64,000 nt of DNA from Porphyridium purpureum (Eukaryota). A program made the position numbers and the translations under genes. The stretch spans positions 868,001 to 932,000 of the forward strand of contig VRMN01000002.1 of assembly GCA_008690995.1 (NCBI GenBank), given 5' to 3'. The notes under the pieces are model-generated. The model saw only the letters and a list, made by a program, of their open reading frames with translations, was not told the origin of the DNA and did no database searches. Positions 53,855 to 63,130 of the stretch are shown here, piece after piece (the first letter of the stretch is position 1; the number at the start of each line of letters is the position of its first letter).

Positions 53855-54349
53855 TCAGGTATATATCAGATAGTTTGGCAGCTTGATCGATACGAAAACA
53901 TTGATCATCTTGTAGCAGCCCAAAAAGAGCACTGCCCCAGTCCCGATGGCAACCAGCTGCATGTTACGGCTGAATCCCATCTTGCTACCCAAACTGGGCG
54001 CCTGGTCGATCAGGATGACTCCTAGTGTCCCGAGCATGTAGAACAATCCGCCCGTCATACCTTCCGTAATGGTCTGCGCACCGTACCGCTTCATCACGGC
54101 CTGTGGTCGCTGAAGACCGGTTGCGGGATCCATCTCCATCGTCACGCTGGGCGGCTTTTCCAGAATGTTGTAGATCGTGCCAGACTGCACGATGTAAAAC
54201 GACAAGAGGAGGAGCAGCAGCACGGTCAACGAGGACGGTCGCCACCACGCCGTCCCTTCCTCCGAGGACGGCCCGCGCAGCCGTATTTTTGGCGCGCGCA
54301 GCACATGCCGAAATGCCAGCAGTAGCCCCTCAAGCACAAGATCCTTCAT
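53855..54349 (-). CDS. OSTC: Oligosaccharyltransferase subunit OSTC/DC2
   Basis: SGTIYNILEKPPS, QTITEG..GG.FYMLG.LG, KLPNYL. Confidence 0.9.
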   Translation of the reverse strand: MKDLVLEGLLLAFRHVLRAPKIRLRGPSSEEGTAWWRPSSLTVLLLLLLSFYIVQSGTIYNILEKPPSVTMEMDPATGLQRPQAVMKRYGAQTITEGMTGGLFYMLGTLGVILIDQAPSLGSKMGFSRNMQLVAIGTGAVLFLGCYKMINVFVSIKLPNYLIYT

Positions 54350-54523
54350 TCTACCTTGCTACCTGGTCCAAACTTGGAGATCGGTTTAGGAATTGAAGCG
54401 AACAAGGCTTTCGCGCAAGGGATAAGACAGTCGTGCGAACGTCTAGCGCATGCTTTGGTGTGGCATTGTGACTCGTTTCGTCTGCCTCGTCATCTCTTGA
54501 GCCGGTGCCTTGATGCGATCACG

Positions 54524-55969
54524 ATGAAGCGCGGCCGTGGGGATGACGATGATGAGCACAGAGCTGACGACAGCGACGGCCACAGACCTGGACAGCGGCT
54601 TCGGGAGAAGAGAAGCAGACATGACAAGGACGCTTCGCTTAAAGATAGCTCGCGTGCGCGTGCGAATCCCGTTGCTGTGCACATTGATCCCGATGATAGC
54701 GACGACGGGTGCGAGGACCAAGATGAGCATTCGAAGCGTGAGGAAGAGGCAGGCAAGGAACGTGAGCAGTTAAGTGCGGGCTCGGATGGGGAAGATGAAG
54801 ACAGTGAGGAAGACGAAGAGGAGGAGGACGACGAGGACGAGGAAGGCGACAAGACGAACTCGGATAATTCTGAGAATTCCGAGAAGCAGGGCCAGGCCCA
54901 CGCGAAGGCTACATCCGTGCAGGATGATGAATCTCGCTCGGCGACCGAGACGAGTGGTTCGAGTGAGGGCGGGTCGAGTGTCAGTGGAGACGACAACGCT
55001 GATGAAGAGGGTGGCGTGGACGTGGACGTGGACGGAGACGAGGATGAGGACGAGGACGAGGAAGCGGACGTAGAGGAGGATGAGGACGAAGATGGAGACG
55101 GAGAGCAAGAGGATGAGGAGGAAGAGGAAGTTGATGACGACGAAGACGAAGACGAAGACAAGGAACAAGTTGACGAAGCTTCAGGCGGGCAAGATGAAGA
55201 TGCTGGCGACTTTGAGTTTAGTGATGAGGAAGCAAAGACCACTGCAAAGCGTGCTGTAAAGGCGCAGGATTTTCCGAAAAAGCCGGAGCGTTCGGCTCGC
55301 AATGCGTCACTGAGATTGAAAGAAATCATGCGTGGCGGTAGAATTGGTACTGGAAGGCGCATGTCACCGCCCGAGCAGCAGAGTCAGCCCCGTCCCAAGA
55401 GATTGCGCGGTCGAAAGGAAACCGTGATAGTTTCGCGCCGCCGTAATGTCGACACATCTGATGAAGAAGAAGAGCCTGTTGATGCGAAGCAAGATCATTC
55501 TTCCAGCGATGCAAGTACAGTGAGTGCAAACTCGGAAGAATTCGAAACGCCACCACCTTCGCCCTCATTGGTGGTGGACGTCGACGCTCGGCGCGCAGCA
55601 GTTGCCCAGGCAATGAAAGACCATGATGGTTCCCAGAATGCGTTTTTGGAATGGCAGTCATTGATGATCTCGAAGCAAACGAATCGGCTAAAACAATGGG
55701 TCGATTACATGAAAAAGGTCTATCGAAAGGAATCGGCTCTGATCACCACCGCCGAAAAGCTACGCCTCGATGCGCAGCGCATAGCACGACGGGCTCTAAC
55801 TGCTGGATCTGCATTCACGGAGACCGATTTGGCATGGGGAGTCGATGTTTCAAAGCTTGACGCTGTACGTCTCCCCCTAGATGCTTACATGCCGTCCGGA
55901 CCCAGCAAAAGGGACCGGATAGTGACGACGCTGCCGCCAGTAACGGAGAAGCAGCCAGAAGGGCGATGA
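54524..55969 (+). CDS. Hypothetical nuclear protein with very long Asp/Glu-rich tract and C-terminal coiled coil
   Basis: Long ORF with basic NLS-like patches (RPKRLRGRK). Confidence 0.65.
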   Translation: MKRGRGDDDDEHRADDSDGHRPGQRLREKRSRHDKDASLKDSSRARANPVAVHIDPDDSDDGCEDQDEHSKREEEAGKEREQLSAGSDGEDEDSEEDEEEEDDEDEEGDKTNSDNSENSEKQGQAHAKATSVQDDESRSATETSGSSEGGSSVSGDDNADEEGGVDVDVDGDEDEDEDEEADVEEDEDEDGDGEQEDEEEEEVDDDEDEDEDKEQVDEASGGQDEDAGDFEFSDEEAKTTAKRAVKAQDFPKKPERSARNASLRLKEIMRGGRIGTGRRMSPPEQQSQPRPKRLRGRKETVIVSRRRNVDTSDEEEEPVDAKQDHSSSDASTVSANSEEFETPPPSPSLVVDVDARRAAVAQAMKDHDGSQNAFLEWQSLMISKQTNRLKQWVDYMKKVYRKESALITTAEKLRLDAQRIARRALTAGSAFTETDLAWGVDVSKLDAVRLPLDAYMPSGPSKRDRIVTTLPPVTEKQPEGR

Positions 55970-56768
55970 CAAGGAGTAGAGTCAGGTACTATGCCGCGTG
56001 CGTGCTGTAACAGTATTCCTAACCATGGCCACGCTTTGCTTCTTCACGCGAATGGGCGAGTCTCTGACCCTTTGCCCGCCTCACGAAGGAGTTTGAAAAA
56101 CCTCGCCGGAGCCTGAGATGAGGGAGATTTCGCGCTTTCTACTGCGTGAGAAATCTGTCGCGTCTACAAGTGATGCAGACTTCATGCATTTTCTTTTCGT
56201 CTTTCAGGAGGACGACGAGGTAGCATGAGTTTTATTGACGGGAATGTGCCTACTGTCCATGTTCTCTGCAAGAAGGAGACCTGTATTCAGGACAATTTGA
56301 CTATTGTCGCGCGATCTTGATGACAGACTTTCCGAGCCTTAGCCCCGCGAGGTTATGCAAACACGGATTGTGCGATTGCGGCGGTCAACGAGGCATAACT
56401 TCCTCAAGGCATATCCTACGCAAAATCTGTAAAGCATCGTTGAAAAAAAAATCAAAGTTCGCAGTTCCCTGGGCTTCAGATCAAGCTCCACCCGTTCGCA
56501 AGCGAAAACCACGGATCATGCGCAAGTCCAACGGTCTCATGTGCGTCTCGGAGATACATGAAAACGTGTTCAGGATCTGTTACCGGGTATGGTCATGTAT
56601 ATCCCTTTCGACACCCAGCATTTTTAGCCATCGAATAAATCTTTTCCCATACAGACCTTGCCACAGCATATGGGAGCGTTGCCAAAAGCATTTTCGCGGA
56701 AACGGAACTCTAGAGAAAGCATTTCGACAGCCCACCGCCCTCATGCCCATCGCTGCCGACCTTTCCTG

Positions 56769-58412
56769 CTACGTAGAGGCAGCCAACGCAACAACCTGCA
56801 CCTGGCCGTCAGAAAGGCCCGTGATGGTGCCGCCGCGTTCCACAATTGCTTCCAAATACTGAATGCAGTCTGCGGTGATCCGTTCGCCCGGAAGTAGCAC
56901 GGGAATACCTGGCGGATACGGGCACACCGTTGCCGAGCTTACTCTACCTGCGCTCGCAACGAGCGGGGTACCCTCCGAAGGCCCAAGAAAGGCTTCGCGT
57001 GGAAGCATCGCGAGCTCACCAAACGCCGACTGCGGCGGTAGAGGAATGCTATCCGATTTGGTGCTCGGAGAATCAGTCAACTTGGCCGAAAAGGCCTCTG
57101 CCATGGCGTTTTCCACGCCGTCCACCAAGATGTCAATATCCTGCTGAGTCGTGGCGTCAGTAACGATGAACAGCATCGCATTCATGGTGGGAAGCTCTGC
57201 GTACACTCCGCGCTCAATGAGCATTTCGTCAAGTTCAAACCCATCAATCGGAGCATCGTGCAGGCAGACGGTCACGCGCAGGGTGTCCATGTACGGGAAC
57301 TGACTTGGCCGCCTTAAGACTGATACACCCTTGATCGATTCCAGCCGCTGGCGAGCCTGTTCTGCCAAGTGTAGTGCATCGATGAGACCCAGCGGCGCTT
57401 TGTTGGCCATTTTCCAACGCGCTGCATCGAGCGAGGCCAGCAACAGCGCATTCGGGCTGCTGGACTGAACCATGCGCAAGCTCGCGGCTAGCGGTTGCTC
57501 GAGCTTGACACGTGCATGCAACATGGCGGTTTGCGACATGGAACTCAGTGTCTTGTGTGTGCTCTGGATAATCATATCGGCGCCACATGACACGGCGCTG
57601 CGTGGTAGACTCGTGTTCTTCGTCCTGCGTTCCTCTGGCCCGAAGAAGGGCAGGTGCGCTCCGTGCGCCTCATCGACAATCAAGAGCGCGTCCATTTCAT
57701 CTGCAATCATACGCAGTTCATCCAGGTCACTGCCGACACCATAATATGTCGGCGACACTACCAGAATGGCGGCGACATTCTTGGCTCGATCCGGTTGAGC
57801 GAGAAGCGCTCCGCGTACTTTCTGCGGCGTAAATCCGTGGAGTACGTCCAACACTCCATCATACTCTGGCTCAATAAACCATGGCTCCACGCCCGCCAAC
57901 ACACAGCCGTAGATTACGCTCTGATGCGCATTTCTCGGCAGCATCACCACGTTCCTTCTCCCGTTCGCCAAACGAGGCAACGCGAGCAGACTCGCGAGCA
58001 CTCCGCTGGTCGAGCCATTCACGAGAAAGAAGGTACGATAAGCCTCTCCGTCGCGCGCATCGCGACAGAACAGCTTTGTGGCGAGCGACTCGGCGCGCGC
58101 GATGGGGCCGTAAGGTTCAAATAAATTATCGAAATCTGGCAGTTCAGGCAGATCCAGCTGCATGCCTCCATGCCCGCGAAGCGCTTCCTTGAAAGGCGCG
58201 GCGATGCCCACACCCAGGCGGTGTCCTGGGCAGAAAAAGGCCGCACGCACGCGTTTTGATTCGGCACGGAGTGCGCTTAGAATTGGCAGCTCATCCTGGC
58301 CCGGCTCCGGTTCGGATGACGCAGGAGCAACAGTGCAGCATTGTACGGTCGCTGACCGAAGTTTGGCCGAACGACGTGCTGCGCATGCCGAGTTCGCAAA
58401 TGCCGCCTTCAT
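56769..58412 (-). CDS. PLP-dependent Orn/Lys/Arg decarboxylase (AAT fold, prokaryotic type) with plastid transit peptide
   Basis: PGHR, FLVNGSTSG, PRNAHQS, VDEAHGAH, QSTHKT, CPYPPGIP. Confidence 0.92.
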   Translation of the reverse strand: MKAAFANSACAARRSAKLRSATVQCCTVAPASSEPEPGQDELPILSALRAESKRVRAAFFCPGHRLGVGIAAPFKEALRGHGGMQLDLPELPDFDNLFEPYGPIARAESLATKLFCRDARDGEAYRTFFLVNGSTSGVLASLLALPRLANGRRNVVMLPRNAHQSVIYGCVLAGVEPWFIEPEYDGVLDVLHGFTPQKVRGALLAQPDRAKNVAAILVVSPTYYGVGSDLDELRMIADEMDALLIVDEAHGAHLPFFGPEERRTKNTSLPRSAVSCGADMIIQSTHKTLSSMSQTAMLHARVKLEQPLAASLRMVQSSSPNALLLASLDAARWKMANKAPLGLIDALHLAEQARQRLESIKGVSVLRRPSQFPYMDTLRVTVCLHDAPIDGFELDEMLIERGVYAELPTMNAMLFIVTDATTQQDIDILVDGVENAMAEAFSAKLTDSPSTKSDSIPLPPQSAFGELAMLPREAFLGPSEGTPLVASAGRVSSATVCPYPPGIPVLLPGERITADCIQYLEAIVERGGTITGLSDGQVQVVALAAST

Positions 58413-58478
58413 CGCTCTCTCCCAATCCTTTAATCGTAAATTTTGCGCGCGGACGAAATCGGTTCTGCTGCAACCTTT

Positions 58479-59339
58479 CTACTTTGAATCCGTCGAGCGC
58501 GCCGTCCTAGCAGCTTCGGCAAGAATTTGACGCTTTCGTAGCTGGTACCGGCGTTCAAGCTCGTCCAGATCAAGATCTTCTGAAAGTTCGAGTTCCGTGT
58601 CTTGAGCCTGATGGGTGATTGGTGCGGGAGTTTCTGCCAAATCGTTTTCCTTGGCAGCGGGCTCCAAGTCTTTCAGTACCGGCTTGGGCGGTGGTGGCGC
58701 GGACGTCATGGCCGGCACGCGGTGTAAATCATCTTTCACGTCGCCTTTTTCGTTGCCAAAGTCTGCATCCTTCAAGGTGTTTTCATCGGCAGAATTGAAG
58801 GTCTTGGCGGTGGACTCCGTCTGACGTTCTCTGGGCGCAACCTGGGCGGGGTCGTTCATGCGCATAATCTGCTCCTGGAAGGTCAATGATTCTCTCTGGA
58901 TTTCCTTGATGGGTTCTTGCATGGTGCGCATTGTTTCAGATAGAGTCTCAACCATATTCTCTGACTCCAGGAGCTGAGTAACATTGGTTCGCACATTCTC
59001 GACCGTGCCCTTGAGCCCGCCAATAAACTTGCCGAGCTGTCTCGCTAAACTAACCAGCTCGCTGGGCCCCAGCACGATCCACCCGACTGCAAAGACGACC
59101 GCTAATTCCATTGGCCCAACGCCCAGAAGCCCGCCAGAGAGAGACATGGTCACCGTCGCCGTCGAGCTCCTTGAGCGTGTCGCCGCCGAGTGCGCGGCGG
59201 CGCTCCGACCCGCGGGCGTCCGTGTGATACGTCGCGCATACTCGCAGCAGCTAGCTCCATATTCTCCGCGCCACGCTGCCGCGCGTTGGACGGCGAGCGG
59301 CCGTCCGGCGCTCACGAAACACATCACTGCGTCTCCCAT
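58479..59339 (-). CDS. tatB: Thylakoid Tat translocase TatB/Hcf106-like subunit
   Basis: Transit peptide; LLGVGPMELAVVFAVGWIVLGPSELVSLARQLGKFI; long acidic tail. Confidence 0.85.
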   Translation of the reverse strand: MGDAVMCFVSAGRPLAVQRAAAWRGEYGASCCEYARRITRTPAGRSAAAHSAATRSRSSTATVTMSLSGGLLGVGPMELAVVFAVGWIVLGPSELVSLARQLGKFIGGLKGTVENVRTNVTQLLESENMVETLSETMRTMQEPIKEIQRESLTFQEQIMRMNDPAQVAPRERQTESTAKTFNSADENTLKDADFGNEKGDVKDDLHRVPAMTSAPPPPKPVLKDLEPAAKENDLAETPAPITHQAQDTELELSEDLDLDELERRYQLRKRQILAEAARTARSTDSK

Positions 59340-59443
59340 TCCGTCCACCTCTTACCACGCCCCATCATCTTCCTCCGCTTCCACCTAGCGACTCCCTCAC
59401 GCCACGTTGCCGAGCAAACCTCGTTCTCGCGTACATTAATTCC

Positions 59444-59735
59444 GCATTGCAATGTAATTATCAAACTGAATGTCGCATTGCAACGTAATCACAAAATTGA
59501 ATGTTGCATTGCAATGTAATTATTGAGTTGAATGAGGCATTTTAATGTAATCACTAAAGCAGATGCCGCACTGTATTGTTTTTTCTGAAATGCATCTCGC
59601 ATTACATTGTAATTACTGGCGTTGATGTCGCATTGTATTGTCATTTCTTAAGCGAATGCCAAATTGCATTGTCATTACTGACGTGCAGCTCGCATTAGAT
59701 TTTAATCACCGAAGTTTCTGTCGCATTGCAATGGA
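59444..59735. repeat. Degenerate AT-rich tandem array, exact 31-bp period, about 10 units
   Basis: Units start at 59444, 59475, 59506, 59537, 59568, 59599, 59630, 59661, 59692, 59723; consensus about GCATTGCAWTGTAATYACNNANNNGAATGYC. Confidence 0.92.
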
Positions 59736-59824
59736 ATGGACAATTGCAGAAAGCGGGACGCCTGCCAGCGTGTGTGCAAGTGGACCGGAGGTTGGGGAGG
59801 TTTGCTCGGGTAGTCGCGGTGGAT

Positions 59825-61129
59825 ATGGAGGGATGGCCGACTGCGTTCGTGGCAGGAGCAGCGAGTGCATGTGGATGGAGAGCGCGCGCGGCGCAGCAGC
59901 AAAGATGCACAGGAGGAGTATATGTGGTTCGTGTGTGCGCGCGATCTCACAATCAGGGTCGCTCGCGACATGACAAGACAGGCGCTGGGAACGGCGCGCG
60001 AACGATTGCATCACGACCATGGAATGGCAGCAAGCGAGTTCTGCGCTGCGCGCGTGTGGTAATGTCTTCGCGAAAGTTTGCAAAGCCCAGAGGTTACTGG
60101 ACAGACATCAAGAACATTTTGGCCGAACTAGACGTTTACGTGCAGGAGCGCGGACTTGGTCGCCGAATGCCGACAATGAAAGAGTTGCGCCAGAACCACC
60201 GCGCGGACCTCGCGGGTGCCATTCGCCGCCACGGCGGTCTGCAAGTCGTTGCCGAACAGGCAGAACTAACAATGACGAGCATTCTGCATCCACGCTCACT
60301 CTACTTGACTTATGCCGTTCAGCTCAAGCGTGGCAGAATGAAGCCTCACAATTTCTGGCGCAGCTTCGAGAACCTAAGGCGCGAAATTGAAGCATTTGTT
60401 CGGGAGCAGCACCCGAGCATGGAGGCGCTCGATGAGCCGTCTTTGTGTGCCGAGCGTGAGCAGTGGAATCTTCCCACCGCTCGTGAACTGGAGCTGGCGA
60501 ATCGCTCAGACCTCATTCGTGCCATTCAGAAGCATGGCGGCATGGATGCAGTGGCCAAGAAGCTCAACTTGCGCACGCGCTACAAGAAGAAAGGATATTG
60601 GACGGACTTCAATACTGTCGCAGAGCACGTGACGCTGCTCTGTGATGAATACGAGCTTGGCAATGCCATGCCAACCATGAGCATGGTAGCGTCCCTGGGC
60701 CCGCCTGGGCTGCACAAGGCGATTCGGATGCATGGAGGGCGGCACACGGTAGCTCAGCAGCTGGGCCGCGAGACCTTCCGAGCGAGAAAGGGGTATTGGG
60801 CTGATCGCGCCGCGGTGGTGCGTGAGCTCAAACAGTTTGTCTCGGAGCATGCCACGCTGCTTTCGGTAGAGGAGGTGGGGAGCGGTGGCGCTGGCCATGA
60901 CAGCACCCGGTTTGCGCGTCGCGTTCGCATGCCGACTCGAGCGGAACTAGTAAGTGCCGGTCGTGGAGACCTCGCGCAGGCACTTGTGCGCCACGATTCG
61001 ATGCAGACCTTTGCCGACGAGCTGGAACTGGTCGTGACGCCGCGCAGTCGGAGCGCGTCCACATTTCACCGGCGGCGACGTTCGCGGGATACTGGACAGG
61101 AAAACAGCATCGAAAGCCAAGAGCCGTAG
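59825..61129 (+). CDS. Protein of four ~65-aa helical repeats (GYW...MPT..EL....R.DL..AI..HGG...VA..L), putative nucleic-acid binding, transit-peptide-like N-terminus
   Basis: Four aligned internal repeats; AFVAG leader. Confidence 0.8.
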   Translation: MEGWPTAFVAGAASACGWRARAAQQQRCTGGVYVVRVCARSHNQGRSRHDKTGAGNGARTIASRPWNGSKRVLRCARVVMSSRKFAKPRGYWTDIKNILAELDVYVQERGLGRRMPTMKELRQNHRADLAGAIRRHGGLQVVAEQAELTMTSILHPRSLYLTYAVQLKRGRMKPHNFWRSFENLRREIEAFVREQHPSMEALDEPSLCAEREQWNLPTARELELANRSDLIRAIQKHGGMDAVAKKLNLRTRYKKKGYWTDFNTVAEHVTLLCDEYELGNAMPTMSMVASLGPPGLHKAIRMHGGRHTVAQQLGRETFRARKGYWADRAAVVRELKQFVSEHATLLSVEEVGSGGAGHDSTRFARRVRMPTRAELVSAGRGDLAQALVRHDSMQTFADELELVVTPRSRSASTFHRRRRSRDTGQENSIESQEP

Positions 61130-62008
61130 CACTATCCTAGCCACTCGCAGGCAACAGCGCGAGCCCGCGTCTCGTGCATGTCGCGCTCTAGCGCAGATAA
61201 ATCTTCATGTCCGCGCACCCCGCGCGCAGGGTTGATCGACTTTGAGCTCTTGACGAATGGCCAAAATGAGGAAGAGCTAGACGAAGTGCCCTCGATATCG
61301 TTGTGGCCATGCGCAGTGCCGAACAGTCGAGTCCAAACGTCTGTCCTGAAGGCGGGTCTTGGAGACACACCCATTTGCAGTCAACTCACCACCAGCACGT
61401 GCCGCCCAACACACTGCTCAAGGCGCCCGCACTGTACCTCCAGTAACTCGAGCCATGTCCACCTTTCTGTTTCTATACAAACGCGTGCGATTTACTATGG
61501 GTTCTTCTGTGTGCCTCTGGCGTGCGGGGCGCTGGTTCTGAGATGGCAATGGCGCATTGGTCTGTAATGCAAACGGCGCGGCTGCGTCGAAAATGCGTCA
61601 AACGGGGCGATTCTGTTAGACCGACGCGTCGCGCGAACGCGAATCGGTGACTTGCGATTCGGCGCTCGGTTTTTACTACAAAACGACGCTCGTTGTGTTA
61701 TGGGGGCGTAGCGGGTTGGTTTGGTTTTTTTTTTTGGCGCGCTGGTGAAAGGGATGTCCAAGTGATGCGCGTTGGTGAGTGAGTGTGGCACGTGGTTGGT
61801 GGTTGGGGGGTGGGGGGGTCGAGTGAGAACACACGCACACGGACATCCTGCGCTCGGCCCGCGACGGTGCGCCGTTGTGTGATTGTGTGTGATTGTGCCG
61901 CGCCTCCGCGCTGCCCCGGCGTGCGTGTGGGTTGACACGCGGAAGAGGTCGTCGCGCTGGTGAGCCTGTGCGCGCGCTGCAGAAGCGCAGCCGGCGAGCG
62001 TCTCTGGT

Positions 62009-63130
62009 ATGCTGCAGCTGGGCGGTGACAGAATGCCGCCGAGAAACATGAAAGGCGCACTGTCGCGCGCACACGAAGAAGAGCATCTGGTCACGCCGCA
62101 AGGCGGCTCGGGCGCAGAAGGGCTGGGAGTGGATGGGATGATGGCGCACGAGGTGGAGGAGGAGCCGGCGCCGCTGGGCTCGCATCATCAAGTGGGGGTG
62201 CCAAGCGGCGAGGAGGCCGCAGAGGCCGTGCTGGAAGCCGCCGTGGAGGCAGCGGCAGCGCAGGACGGAATCGGGGAGGTCGAAGGCATGACTCTTCCGG
62301 ACAGAGACGTCGCGCATCCGCAGGACGTGCACACACACTACACGCCCGTGAAGAGCAGCGGCAACGCGGAAATGCCGCGAGCGAGGAGCTACACATTCCA
62401 ATTGCAACACTGCAAGAAGTACGGCCTCCGCTTGAAAGAAAACGAAAATGGCTCATCGGAACCAGAACTGGTCGTATGCCGGTTTTGCGAAACCTTTGGT
62501 CGCGAGCCGCAGGTGGTAGAAGGATCTTCTGTAGAGGCGGACGAAATCCTCAAGGCAAGTATGAAGCGCCGCAAAACAAGTCCGGAAGAGTTCAAGGCAA
62601 ACAAATTTTATATCTCAAACGTATCTGCGCACATGCACAAGCAGCATCCCAAGAAATGGGCAGAGTACGACGCGGTGTGCCGGGCCGGAAATGAAGACCA
62701 GATCAACCAATTTTTCAAGGTGCCGTCACACGTGCAAGAAAAGGCGCTCAAGGAGCCGTCGAAAGGCCCAAGAAGAAATTACACGTTTCAATGGCAGCAC
62801 GCGATCCGTTTTGGTTTGCGAGTCAGGGCGCACCGCGAGACGGGTGAACCCGTCGCCGTGGTGTGTCGCTTTTGCGAATCGTTCGGACGGGACCCGATTA
62901 TTACGCCTTCATCGGATGACCCGTCGGCTCCTCCAAAGGCGGCGAGAGGAAAGCGTCGACGCGCTGATGTCGAAGAGTTTCAACCAGACAAATTTTACGT
63001 GTCAAATGTGCGTATGCACATGAACAAAATACACGGTAAGAAGTGGGCCGAGTACGAGAAGCTTTTAGCGACGGCCAATGACAAGGCACTTCAGGATTTC
63101 TTCGTTGATGAGCCGCCGCAAGAGCTGTGA
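62009..63130 (+). CDS. Protein with two tandem BED-like C2H2 zinc-finger domains
   Basis: Two repeats of YTFQ.QH...GLR...VVCRFCE.FGR.P...KRR...F...KFY.SNV..HM.K.H.KKWAEY; start could be 62009, 62033 or 62048. Confidence 0.8.
   Translation: MLQLGGDRMPPRNMKGALSRAHEEEHLVTPQGGSGAEGLGVDGMMAHEVEEEPAPLGSHHQVGVPSGEEAAEAVLEAAVEAAAAQDGIGEVEGMTLPDRDVAHPQDVHTHYTPVKSSGNAEMPRARSYTFQLQHCKKYGLRLKENENGSSEPELVVCRFCETFGREPQVVEGSSVEADEILKASMKRRKTSPEEFKANKFYISNVSAHMHKQHPKKWAEYDAVCRAGNEDQINQFFKVPSHVQEKALKEPSKGPRRNYTFQWQHAIRFGLRVRAHRETGEPVAVVCRFCESFGRDPIITPSSDDPSAPPKAARGKRRRADVEEFQPDKFYVSNVRMHMNKIHGKKWAEYEKLLATANDKALQDFFVDEPPQEL

Noticed and set aside
13673..54349. RPN1, ALG12 and OSTC as an N-glycosylation cluster
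   Set aside because: Separated by many unrelated genes; chance co-location is plausible.
54490..55362. Poly-Ser antisense ORF
   Set aside because: Shadow of the Asp/Glu-rich plus-strand gene.
55970..56768. ORF 56317-56862 and possible extra exons
   Set aside because: No motifs; overlaps the decarboxylase 3' end in antisense; no in-frame splice model.
59444..59735. 31-bp array as a CRISPR array
   Set aside because: Variable parts are only ~7 nt, repeats are degenerate, no cas genes, eukaryotic context.
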